Shown one piece after another: positions 8,733-16,567 of a stretch of 28,015 nt of DNA (position 1 is the stretch's first letter; every line of letters begins with the position of its first letter). The notes under the pieces are model-generated. The model saw only the letters and a list, made by a program, of their open reading frames with translations, ran no database searches and was not told the origin of the DNA. The stretch lies in the NCBI GenBank assembly GCA_014380815.1, contig JACMJB010000423.1, positions 1-28,015 on the forward strand, given 5' to 3'. Made by a program: the position numbers and the translations under genes. The DNA is from Armatimonadota bacterium (lineage in GTDB: Bacteria > Armatimonadota > Armatimonadia > Armatimonadales > Armatimonadaceae).

Positions 8733-9920
8733 GTGAGCCTGCCCTCCGCACCTGGGGGCACCTGGCGCGTCGCCCATCTGCTGCGCCCGGCTGAGGGCGG
8801 AATGCGGGCACAGGTGGCATCGCTTTTGGAGGCGGCTCCGCCCGGCATGACCCTTCTGGCAGCTCCGCCGAGTGTCCTCTCCGTCATTGGTGGCGGGGTG
8901 GAAGAAATGTTCCCACTGTCCGAAACGACCGGTGCCGGTGGTCTTAAAGGACAGGTGACGATGGGCTGGGCTGTGGGTGCCTGGGCGCGGCGGGCAGGGG
9001 CGACTCTGCTGCACGGGCACGGTCTGCGCTGGCTTCCGCTTTTCGCGGTTGCCGCGCTGCGGGCGCGGATGCCGCTGGTCCTCACCCTGCACAACGTGGT
9101 GCCGACCGGGAAGGCGCTTGGGCGTGCGGAACGGTTGGGGCTTCGGCTGGGACTGGCACGCGCGGCGCGGATCATTGCGGTTTCGGAGGCGGTAGCGGAA
9201 AGCGTCCGTGCCGCTGTGCCGGGCGCGGCGCGACAGCGCCTGACGGTGATCCGGAACGGGATCTACCTGTCCCGGTTCCCCGCCCCACGCGACCCTGCGC
9301 GGCGGTCGGCGACACGGGCCTTCCTGGGGCTGACGGAGAAGGCGCTGATCGTGGTCAGTGTCGCGCGGCTCGCACCGGAAAAGAATCTTGGCGTGCTGCT
9401 GGAGGCGGTCACCCGTCTGACGGGACCCTTCCCCGAACTGCGGATCCTGCTGGTCGGCGGTGGGCCGTGGCGTCCGACCCTGGAGCGTCAGGTGCGGCTG
9501 CTGAGGATCACCGACCGGGTGCATTTTATGGGCGCTCGCCCCGATGAGGACATCCCCGACCTGCTCGGGGCGTCGGATCTGTTCTGTCTGCCGTCCCAAA
9601 CCGAGGGTCTTGGCATCGCCGCGATTGAGGCGATGGCGGCTGGCCTGCCGGTAGTCGCATCACGGGTGGGTGGGCTGCCGGAGGTCGTGAAGGAGGGGGT
9701 GACCGGACTGCTCGTTCCACCGGGAGACGCGCCTGCGCTTTCCCACGCTCTTGCCGCGGTCCTTGGCGATCCGGCCCTTGGCGCAGGCATGGGCGAAGCG
9801 GGGCGCGCCCGCGCCCACCAGGACTTTGACCGCCGCGCGATGATCGCCGCGACCTTCGCGGTCTATGAAGCGGTCACTGCCTTGCACAGCCGCCCGCGGA
9901 AAATAACCGATGGGGCATAA
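8733..9920 (+). CDS. Family-4 glycosyltransferase (GT4, GT-B fold)
   Basis: The N-terminus has WRVAHLL..AEGGMRAQVASL (first strand plus Gly-rich loop). The C-terminal half has the typical GT4 EX7E region (FCLPSQTEGLGIAAIEAMAAGLPVVASRVGGLPEVV). A GTG start at 8733 is needed to include the first beta-strand. No clear SD. Confidence 0.85.
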   Translation: MSLPSAPGGTWRVAHLLRPAEGGMRAQVASLLEAAPPGMTLLAAPPSVLSVIGGGVEEMFPLSETTGAGGLKGQVTMGWAVGAWARRAGATLLHGHGLRWLPLFAVAALRARMPLVLTLHNVVPTGKALGRAERLGLRLGLARAARIIAVSEAVAESVRAAVPGAARQRLTVIRNGIYLSRFPAPRDPARRSATRAFLGLTEKALIVVSVARLAPEKNLGVLLEAVTRLTGPFPELRILLVGGGPWRPTLERQVRLLRITDRVHFMGARPDEDIPDLLGASDLFCLPSQTEGLGIAAIEAMAAGLPVVASRVGGLPEVVKEGVTGLLVPPGDAPALSHALAAVLGDPALGAGMGEAGRARAHQDFDRRAMIAATFAVYEAVTALHSRPRKITDGA

Positions 9921-9923
9921 ACG

Positions 9924-12089
9924 ATGAGCCGCGAAATGCGCTCGCGGGGGTTCATCCCGACCCTGTGTCTGGCTGCAGTCCTGCTGCTGGTGATGGGATC
10001 GGCGACGCGGCGCGCGGCCCTGCCCCTCCTGCGCCCCGCGAGTGGTCTTATCGCCCCCCCCTCCGGCACCGCACGCCGGGTGGTAGTGGTGCTCTTTGTT
10101 CCCTGCGCCACCCTTTCCGACTGGGGCACAGGGGAAAGCGAAGTGGCAACGGCTCTGCTCGGTGTGGTCCCAAACCGCCTGCCATGGCGTGCTGGTAAAA
10201 ACGCGCTTTCCCTCCTTGCCCCACCGACTGCCGAGGATCTGATCCGCGCCTGTGGCGGCATGGGAAGCGACGCGCTCGTATCCGCGATGGGGAGCGGCGC
10301 AGTTCAGGGCATCGCGCCGGGCGGCGACCCGGCGGCACGGGCGTTTCTCGCCGCCTCCCTTACCGTTGCTGCTTCTCCCCATCGCGCCCGCAGGGAAAAC
10401 ACCGATCCGGTACGATTGGCGCGCGTCCTCCATCGCGCCGCTGCCGAACTGCCCCTGGCGGCAGCGGCACCGGCACGAATGCAGCCCGCGCCGCCGCTTT
10501 TGATCGCCGCGACCTTCGAGGATCTCCTGCGCTGCGATCAGGATGCCCCGCTGGCGCTGCCAGAAGCGGCTGCCGCCTCTCGCCGAGCCGCTCTTGGGCG
10601 GCGCGATGCGCTTTTTTCACGACTGACGGGAAGCGGCCCCGATGCTCTCCCCCCCGGCACGGCGCTTCTCGTGGTGACACCGGTCCCTCCCGCAGAGGCG
10701 GCGGGGCGGGGCGAACTGCTTGGTCCTCTGCGAATCTGGCGGCGGGAAGTCGTTTCTGACCCTTCGCCTCCCCCAGGGGGGAGGCTGCTGAGTTCGCCCT
10801 CGACGCGCTATACGCCCGGCCTTCTCGCCCCGGGAGACATCGCCGCGACGGTCGCGGCGCTGCTGGACACGCAGAACGCCGGAACGGGACGAGCCGCCGT
10901 CATTCTGGAAGACGCCGCCGCCGGATCGCTTGCTTTGCGAGTGGCGAACTGGGCCGCGCAGGCACGTGAGCTTCGACTGTTGGTCTGGCTGCCCTGGCTT
11001 CTTGCCGGGACGCTGCTTTTTGCCGTATCTGTCGCAAAGGGCGAAGTTCGCGCTGCCCTCCTTTTGGCGTCCTGCGCCGCACCGGTCGCACTCCTGCTTG
11101 CCGGTCCGTTCGCGTCACGGGACCCCGGCAGCGAAGCCGCTGTCTATGCCGTCGCTGCTGCGATGCTGGTCGTGGTCGTCATCGCGGCGGGATTGTGGGA
11201 GCGGCACGGAGGGAGTGACCACGGCGTACCCGGCGTGGTCACTCCCTCCGTGTCGCGGATGCTGCGCGCGGTTTTCGGTATCACCGCCGCCACCGTGCTG
11301 CTGGACACCCTCCTGGGCGGCCCACTCCTCGCCCGCTCACCGCTTTCCTACTCTCCCACCGTCGCGGCCCGTTTTTACGGTATCGGCAACGAGGTCTCCG
11401 GTCTTTTTCTGGGGGCCTCTCTGCTGGCGGTCGGTGCGCTTCGTTCGACCCCGCTTGACGTGGCGCTTGGCGGGGCTGCTGTCGCCCTGACACTGGGTCT
11501 CCCCATGCTCGGCGCGGATGCGGGTGGTTTCGCCGCCGCTCTGATCGGTTTCGCCGCGCTCTGGATTTTGACGGTAGTGGAAAAGACACGTGGAGAACGG
11601 TCGGTCCTGCTTCGGACGAGTGCCATCGCCGTCACGGTCCTGCTGCTCCTGCTGGGCTTGTACGCGTGGGGAAACGGCGTCCAGGCCACGGGGTCGCGGA
11701 CCCATGTCGGTGAGGCGGTCGTGTCGGCGAGCGGGAAAGACGGAGCGGGGGTACTCCTGACCTTGATCCAACGCAAGGCCGCGACCGGCGCGCGCCTGCT
11801 CGCGACCAGTCCCTGGTCGGTCCTGCTGGTCACTGAAGGGGGGATCATGCTGTGGGTCCTTCGTGGTCGGCGACGCCTCGCGGATCGAACCCCCCTTGCT
11901 CCCGCGGTTCTCGCCTCCGGAGTCGCCGCTGCCGCCCTGCTCCTGCTCAACGACTCCGGCGTGGTCGCCGCCGCCACCTGCTTTCTCTATCCGACCGGGG
12001 CGCTGCTGTCAGAGTCCGCGTTCCGTGTCTCGCCTTCGCCGCTGCCGTCGAAACCGAGTGCCACCCCACGAAACGAGGCCGGTGACTGA
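9924..12089 (+). CDS. Large polytopic membrane protein (721 aa), uncharacterised: N-terminal signal/TM, ~330-aa Ala-rich extracytoplasmic domain, C-terminal ~9-TM domain
   Basis: Its start lies 4 nt after the GT4 stop, indicating translational coupling. It has a long hydrophobic C-terminal half (FYGIGNEVSGLFLGASLLAVGAL etc.). Its last 27 codons overlap the convergent gene at 12009..12929. I recognise no family. Confidence 0.55.
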   Translation: MSREMRSRGFIPTLCLAAVLLLVMGSATRRAALPLLRPASGLIAPPSGTARRVVVVLFVPCATLSDWGTGESEVATALLGVVPNRLPWRAGKNALSLLAPPTAEDLIRACGGMGSDALVSAMGSGAVQGIAPGGDPAARAFLAASLTVAASPHRARRENTDPVRLARVLHRAAAELPLAAAAPARMQPAPPLLIAATFEDLLRCDQDAPLALPEAAAASRRAALGRRDALFSRLTGSGPDALPPGTALLVVTPVPPAEAAGRGELLGPLRIWRREVVSDPSPPPGGRLLSSPSTRYTPGLLAPGDIAATVAALLDTQNAGTGRAAVILEDAAAGSLALRVANWAAQARELRLLVWLPWLLAGTLLFAVSVAKGEVRAALLLASCAAPVALLLAGPFASRDPGSEAAVYAVAAAMLVVVVIAAGLWERHGGSDHGVPGVVTPSVSRMLRAVFGITAATVLLDTLLGGPLLARSPLSYSPTVAARFYGIGNEVSGLFLGASLLAVGALRSTPLDVALGGAAVALTLGLPMLGADAGGFAAALIGFAALWILTVVEKTRGERSVLLRTSAIAVTVLLLLLGLYAWGNGVQATGSRTHVGEAVVSASGKDGAGVLLTLIQRKAATGARLLATSPWSVLLVTEGGIMLWVLRGRRRLADRTPLAPAVLASGVAAAALLLLNDSGVVAAATCFLYPTGALLSESAFRVSPSPLPSKPSATPRNEAGD

Positions 12090-12929
12090 GCCGACCAGGG
12101 CTGCCGTCGCCCCATTGGGGGCAGGGGTCGGCGTAAAGGTGATGTTGAGATCGTCAATCGCCATGCCATTGTCGAAATCCCGCGATCCGGGGAGGGTGTT
12201 GCGGTCTATCCAGCGAATCCAGATCTCCTGCCCACTCGCGACGGGGGTAGTAAACCGGATGGTTTCCGTAAGACTGGTGCGATTTGCGGCAAGGTTTCCG
12301 TTCAAGGCGCCCGTCGCGCTGGGGCTTGTGGGAGTGTAACTGAGCGCGCTCGATTCACTGAACCCCAGTCCACCCAGACCACCGGTATTCGCCGAAAAGA
12401 CCGCGGAGGAAAACGAAAGCGTCTCACTCAAGCCGGGCTGCCCGGAGCGCCACAGCTCTCCGGTATAATTCAGCGTCATGCTCTCGATCGAACCGCCCGT
12501 GTCGTTCAGGAAACGGAAGCCGTAATAGAAGTCGCCGGCCCCACTGGTATCCGAGTTCAGGGTCCCGAACGCGATGTCGTTGGAACTCAAGCGGCGATAA
12601 CCATAAACGCTCCCAACGCTGGTTCCGCCGTCATCCAGTGAGAGTGTATCCGTGCCAGCACCGGTTCGTGCGACTTGAAGACCAAATAATGCCGGCGCGG
12701 GCGAAGGGTTCGCCAGAACGGAGAGAAGGAGGATACCTGCATTGGGCAGGGTATTAAAATTCTGGGCGTATGTAAAATTCGTCAGGCTGGAGATAGTGAC
12801 CGCGCTGCTGCTCAGGTCAGATCGGAGAGGCTGCGCGCCGGCCGGGGCAAAGGGCCGAATCCCAGTGACGAGCAAGAGCGATACCCCAACGCGCAAAAGC
12901 AGTGACGGAAGCGATAGCCGAAAACACAT
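12009..12929 (-). CDS. Secreted Gly/Ser/Thr-rich protein with a PEP-CTERM-like C-terminal sorting signal
   Basis: It has a Sec signal peptide (MCFRLSLPSLLLRVGVSLLLVTG...APAGA). The C-terminus is TPTPAPNGATAALVGSVTGLVSWGGTRFRRQRRRR (Pro-rich motif, hydrophobic stretch, Arg cluster) followed by DTERGL. GC3 is lower than in neighbouring genes. A TATAAT -10 and an AGGA SD lie upstream on the minus strand. Confidence 0.55.
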   Translation of the reverse strand: MCFRLSLPSLLLRVGVSLLLVTGIRPFAPAGAQPLRSDLSSSAVTISSLTNFTYAQNFNTLPNAGILLLSVLANPSPAPALFGLQVARTGAGTDTLSLDDGGTSVGSVYGYRRLSSNDIAFGTLNSDTSGAGDFYYGFRFLNDTGGSIESMTLNYTGELWRSGQPGLSETLSFSSAVFSANTGGLGGLGFSESSALSYTPTSPSATGALNGNLAANRTSLTETIRFTTPVASGQEIWIRWIDRNTLPGSRDFDNGMAIDDLNITFTPTPAPNGATAALVGSVTGLVSWGGTRFRRQRRRRDTERGL

Positions 12930-12991
12930 AACGTCTCATCCTAGGCAGCGAAGCGCCACTCGGTTTTACTAAATTTTATAAAACCCGGTGA

Positions 12992-12997
12992 ATTATA
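12992..12997 (-). promoter_or_regulatory. Perfect TATAAT -10 hexamer upstream of the PEP-CTERM-like gene, inside a ~225-bp AT-rich divergent intergenic region
   Basis: On the minus strand the sequence reads ...cgcaagTATAATtcaccgggttttataaaatttag...ctAGGAtgagacgttATG. This places the -10 about 60 nt upstream of the start, with an SD-like AGGA in between. Confidence 0.3.
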
Positions 12998-13155
12998 CTT
13001 GCGTTAGCCGGGATCCGTACAGTTTTTTTGTGGAAATTCTCTCAAAATAAAGATCGGATTGCCAGGCATGCAACCTTTACACAGGCAGCGTGCCAAACTA
13101 CCACAGGAGCCATCACGGTTTCGACCGGTGGGAAGTGGTTGGAAAAGAGACGAGA

Positions 13156-13875
13156 ATGCTGTACGAAACGCTGCTGGTGATCGGAGCGGTCGGCCTGCTA
13201 GCCCAGACCGTTCTTGGCATGGGCGGGCACGGGAGCGGGCACAGCCATGTCGGGGCGGACCATGGGGGCACTATGGGCCACGGCGGGCATGGTCATGGCA
13301 TTGATCTTGAGGTGCCTCATCTATCGGGCGGGCATGGCGGCACGGTGCCGGGCGCGCCTGCGGCGGGCCACGGTGGGCAGGGTCCTTTAAACTCGGTTCA
13401 CCTGCACGGCGAGGGGCACGGGCATGCGGCCATGCAGCAGCGCACGACCGCTGCACTCTGGCAGGTGTTTTCCCCGCTCACGATCTTTAGTGTTTGTCTG
13501 GGAGCGGGCGCGACCGGCCTGCTGACCCGCGCCTTTCTTGGCACTTCGCTTTTAGTCGCGCTTGCGGCGGTGGCGGGGGGGCTGCTGTTCTACGGCGGTC
13601 TGGTCCGGCCGCTCTGGGGTCTGATCTTTAAATTTGCCTCACGCCCCGCCCAGACATTGGGTGGTGTCGTGGCGGGCGAGGCGGTCGCGATGGGACGGTT
13701 CGATGCGCAGGGGCAGGGGATCGTGCGCGTGACCATTGATAATGAGGTGGTCCGGCTGCTGGCGCGGCTGGAAACGGAGGACCGCGATAAAGGGGTCGCG
13801 GTGCTGTCCGGCGATACGCTCGTGGTGACCAGCGTGGATGAGAAGCGAAACACCTGCCGCGTCACCCGGCTTTGA
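13156..13875 (+). CDS. NfeD-like membrane protein (YuaF/YqiJ type) with a ~85-aa His/Gly-rich insertion
   Basis: It has TM1 LLVIGAVGLLAQTVLGM, then a His-rich loop (HGSGHSHVGADHGGTMGHGGHGHG...HGGTVPGAPAAGHGGQG...HLHGEGHGH), then two TM helices, then a C-terminal NfeD OB-fold (GEAVAMGRFDAQGQGIVRV...GDTLVVTSVD). It lies immediately upstream of the flotillin gene. I take the ATG at 13156; the track's 13090 is a GTG extension. Confidence 0.75.
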   Translation: MLYETLLVIGAVGLLAQTVLGMGGHGSGHSHVGADHGGTMGHGGHGHGIDLEVPHLSGGHGGTVPGAPAAGHGGQGPLNSVHLHGEGHGHAAMQQRTTAALWQVFSPLTIFSVCLGAGATGLLTRAFLGTSLLVALAAVAGGLLFYGGLVRPLWGLIFKFASRPAQTLGGVVAGEAVAMGRFDAQGQGIVRVTIDNEVVRLLARLETEDRDKGVAVLSGDTLVVTSVDEKRNTCRVTRL

Positions 13876-13938
13876 GGTTTCTGAGACAGGATTCCAAGGG
13901 ATAACTGCTTCCCTGCCGCGACGTTTGGGAGAAAAACC

Positions 13939-15300
13939 ATGAATACCAGTCCGCTCATCATCGGGTTTATCGTTGTTTTTGCGCTGATTGTTCTGCCGAT
14001 CATCATCAGCCGGTTTCTGGCGACAGTGGATGCCGGTACGATCCGTCTGGTTTCGACTTTTGGGGGCAATACCCGTATCTATAAAGGGCCGGGCAAGAGC
14101 ATCGAGGTGCCGCTGCTGACTACGGGAACCAGTATCCCGTCGAAGGCCATTAATATTGACCTGGACATTGCCGACCAGACCGCCGACCTGGATAAGAACG
14201 GGGTGCCGCGTCCGATCAAGGTTCGGGTCCTGGCCTCGGCGATCGTTTCTGTGGGGGACTCCAACGAGATGATTACCACGGCGGCGAACAAATTCTTTTC
14301 CAAGCCGCTGGACGAGCAGACCGGTATTCTGAGCGATCTGCTGACCTCGACAGGCCGCCGCGCGATCAACCTGCTTTCTCACGACGAACTGTTCTCCGCG
14401 CGGGTCGGGTCGTCCAACACGGATACCACGGTGACGCCGAACACCGAAGTCGCCCGTGCGATCGCTTCCTCCTCGGTGGAGGAGGACGACCGCCTGGCGA
14501 TCATCATCAAGTCGGCCTGCTCCCGCGAGCTTCAGGACCTGGGCCTGGTCTTTAACTCGCTGAATATCAAGGAAGTCCAGAGCGAAGTCGCCGAGGCCCG
14601 CCGCCGCCAGTCCGCGGTCGAGGCCAAAGCCAACGCGGACATTGTCGCCGCCGATCAGGAGCGCCGCGCCCGGGAAGCCCAGCTTGCCGCCGAGCAGGCC
14701 ATCAACGATAAGCAGCGCGACCTGGAGCAGCGCCGAGCACAGAACGCCGCCGTGGTCGCCGAGGCCGAGGCGCGCCGCCAGGAGGCCCTCGCCGTGCAGC
14801 GGGAGGCCGAACTGAAGGCGACCCAGATCGCCCAGGCAAACGCCGATGCCGCCCGTGTCCGGATTCAGGCGGAAGCCGCAGCTGATTCCGATGCGGTCAA
14901 GATCCGCGCGCTGGGCGCGGCCCAGGCCGATGCGATTCGTGCGGTCAATGATGCGATCCGGGACGGCGGCAATGCGTATCTCGCACTGCGCCAGCTGGAG
15001 CTTCTGCCGCAGATCACGCCGAGCATCGCGCAGGCGCTGGCGCAGGCGAAGATGATCAATATCAACAGCGGCAGCGCCGCCGAAGGGCGCGGCGCGGCGG
15101 GGGGGGCAACCGACCAGATCACCGGCGTGATTCAGACCCTGCTGGCCACGCAGCTTGTTGGTAACCAGTTCAAGCTGGGTATTGAGGGCGCCAATGGAAA
15201 TGGGGCCGTCGCCGCCCCAGTCACCGTCGGCAATGGCACTGATGCCCCGGCATCAGGCTATGATCTGGGCGTCGCGCCCGTCGCGCCGCGCCGGAAGTAG
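13939..15300 (+). CDS. Flotillin-like SPFH/band-7 protein (FloT/YqiK family)
   Basis: It has an N-terminal TM (LIIGFIVVFALIVLPIIISRFL), an SPFH domain, and a long Ala/Glu/Gln/Arg-rich coiled-coil flotillin region (EAEARRQEALAVQREAELKATQIAQANADAARVRIQAEAAAD...). An SD GGGAGA lies 7 nt upstream. Confidence 0.85.
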   Translation: MNTSPLIIGFIVVFALIVLPIIISRFLATVDAGTIRLVSTFGGNTRIYKGPGKSIEVPLLTTGTSIPSKAINIDLDIADQTADLDKNGVPRPIKVRVLASAIVSVGDSNEMITTAANKFFSKPLDEQTGILSDLLTSTGRRAINLLSHDELFSARVGSSNTDTTVTPNTEVARAIASSSVEEDDRLAIIIKSACSRELQDLGLVFNSLNIKEVQSEVAEARRRQSAVEAKANADIVAADQERRAREAQLAAEQAINDKQRDLEQRRAQNAAVVAEAEARRQEALAVQREAELKATQIAQANADAARVRIQAEAAADSDAVKIRALGAAQADAIRAVNDAIRDGGNAYLALRQLELLPQITPSIAQALAQAKMININSGSAAEGRGAAGGATDQITGVIQTLLATQLVGNQFKLGIEGANGNGAVAAPVTVGNGTDAPASGYDLGVAPVAPRRK

Positions 15301-15319
15301 GCCGATCGGCGAACCGTGA

Positions 15320-15360
15320 AAAAGAGGACTGACCAAAACCTTTGGGCAGTCCTCTTTTTT
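15320..15360 (+). terminator. Rho-independent terminator of the NfeD-flotillin operon
   Basis: There is a perfect 11-bp stem aaagaggactg/cagtcctcttt, extendable through CCAAA/TTTGG, followed by TTTTTT. Confidence 0.75.
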
Positions 15361-15490
15361 GGCCGCGAGCAGCAGCGCCTTCTACGCGTGGCGGTCTCGC
15401 AGAATGGGACCTCGCAGAAAAAATACTTCGCCAACCTGTCACGAAAACGACAAAACGTTCGTCGCTTAACCAACGGAGACTGTATCTGTT

Positions 15491-16249
15491 ATGCGCCGCA
15501 TCGCTGTAAGAACGAAAATCGAGGATACCACCGCTTCTCACGATACCACCAGCGTCGTGGAGGATGCCGCGTACCCCCATTATATTGTCGCTGATGACCA
15601 GGCGACCGCCGAGCCGATGCTGTCCGCCGCGTTTCACGAGCGAAACTTATCGCACCTGATCGGACGACGGACCGGACAAGGGGTCTGGCCTGATGACCCG
15701 GAGGACAAAGAGGCGGTGCGTCTGTTCGAACTGGGACAGAAGGCGCTTTACGAAGACAAGGACGCCGCCGCGGCGATCTGCGCCTATGAGAGCGCGCTGG
15801 CCCGCGACGAAGGATATATCAAGGCGTGGGTCGCGCTGACTATCGCCTATATCAGCGACAACACGACGGAAAGTCTGCGGCAGGCCGAGGATACGTTAGA
15901 GAGCCTTTCCGCCCTGCCCATCAGCGACTGGCTCACCGGTCAGGTGAGCAGCATTATCTTTCAGAACCTGGCCTACCTGCATGTTCATTACTACCGTCAG
16001 GGCCGGGGCCGAACGCATCTCGCGGAGGCGGACCGCCGCTACGCGGTCGCCGATGAGCGCAGCGCGGGCAGGGAGCGGATCGAACTGATCTGCCCATGGG
16101 CGTTCGTGAAAATGGAATTGGGGCAGACGGATGCCGCCCGAACACTCTGGGAGCGAGCGGAGGTCTACTCGGCCCTGCATGGGACGCCACAGATTCTCAA
16201 AGATTATGCGGGGAAATACGCCCCGCTTAGAACTTTTCTCCATCCGTAG
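15491..16249 (+). CDS. Hypothetical protein with TPR-like helical repeats (252 aa)
   Basis: Coding-like codon usage. It has TPR-like segments (AICAYESALARDEGYIKAWVALTIAY; NLAYLHVHYYRQGRG). I see no enzymatic motifs. Confidence 0.5.
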   Translation: MRRIAVRTKIEDTTASHDTTSVVEDAAYPHYIVADDQATAEPMLSAAFHERNLSHLIGRRTGQGVWPDDPEDKEAVRLFELGQKALYEDKDAAAAICAYESALARDEGYIKAWVALTIAYISDNTTESLRQAEDTLESLSALPISDWLTGQVSSIIFQNLAYLHVHYYRQGRGRTHLAEADRRYAVADERSAGRERIELICPWAFVKMELGQTDAARTLWERAEVYSALHGTPQILKDYAGKYAPLRTFLHP

Positions 16250-16307
16250 CGTCAAAGACTTAACTAACGGGTAAAGATTCAACAACAAGACGAGAAGATC
16301 CAAGACA

Positions 16308-16460
16308 ATGAAAACGATGACCAGCAAAATTCGCTCCGTATTCGCCGCCGCAGTGGCCACCGCTGCCCTTGCAGCCCTTACCGCCGGGACCGCAGCCCCC
16401 GTCCATGCCGATCTGACCGGGCCAAAAGCGCCCCCGCCGCCCCCGTCTCAGAGCAAGTGA
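16308..16460 (+). CDS. Candidate small secreted peptide (50 aa precursor; predicted mature 16-aa Pro-rich peptide DLTGPKAPPPPPSQSK)
   Basis: This ORF is not in the supplied track (below 60 aa). It translates to MKTMTSKIRSVFAAAVATAALAALTAGTAAPVHA|DLTGPKAPPPPPSQSK, a textbook Sec signal peptide with basic n-region, Ala-rich h-region and a VHA cleavage motif. GC3-rich codons. There is a weak SD (GAGAAG, 10 nt upstream). It sits directly upstream of the ECF sigma gene. Confidence 0.35.
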   Translation: MKTMTSKIRSVFAAAVATAALAALTAGTAAPVHADLTGPKAPPPPPSQSK

Positions 16461-16567
16461 CGGGCGGCCCGGCAGCAATGCCGGGAAAGCCCCTCGTCCT
16501 CCGTGGACGCCGCGCACAACGAAGCGGTGGCGTCCGATAAACGCGCAACGTAAGGAAGCAGCGAAGG

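Noticed and set aside
8571-9599. 342-aa ORF on the - strand, and the upstream 190 codons of the 8162..9175 ORF
   Set aside because: It is antisense to the GT4 gene, which has clear family motifs. The translation is Arg/Pro/Gln-rich junk. Only the 3' 148 codons (8162..8608), preceded by a strong SD, were kept.
12009-12929. Five N-x-T sequons (NFT, NDT, NYT, NRT, NIT) in the PEP-CTERM-like protein as possible N-glycosylation sites
   Set aside because: For a 306-aa Thr-rich protein, 2-3 are expected by chance and five is not a significant enrichment. I kept this only as a note, given the neighbouring glycosylation genes.
13090-13155. N-terminal 22-codon extension of the NfeD ORF from a GTG start (MPNYHRSHHGFDRWEVVGKETR)
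   Set aside because: The ATG at 13156 starts directly at the first TM helix (MLYETLLVIGAVGLL), as in NfeD homologues. The extension has no support.
15396-15418. Direct repeat CTCGCAGA x2 (15-bp centre-to-centre) upstream of the TPR gene
   Set aside because: It is short, the spacing is atypical for response-regulator half-sites, and there is no flanking promoter logic. Likely chance.
16458-16550. In-frame continuation (29 codons) after the TGA stop of the small peptide ORF, ending at a TAA just before the sigma SD. Possible read-through or selenocysteine.
   Set aside because: There is no SECIS-like structure at the right distance, and the continuation is low-complexity. Most likely coincidental.
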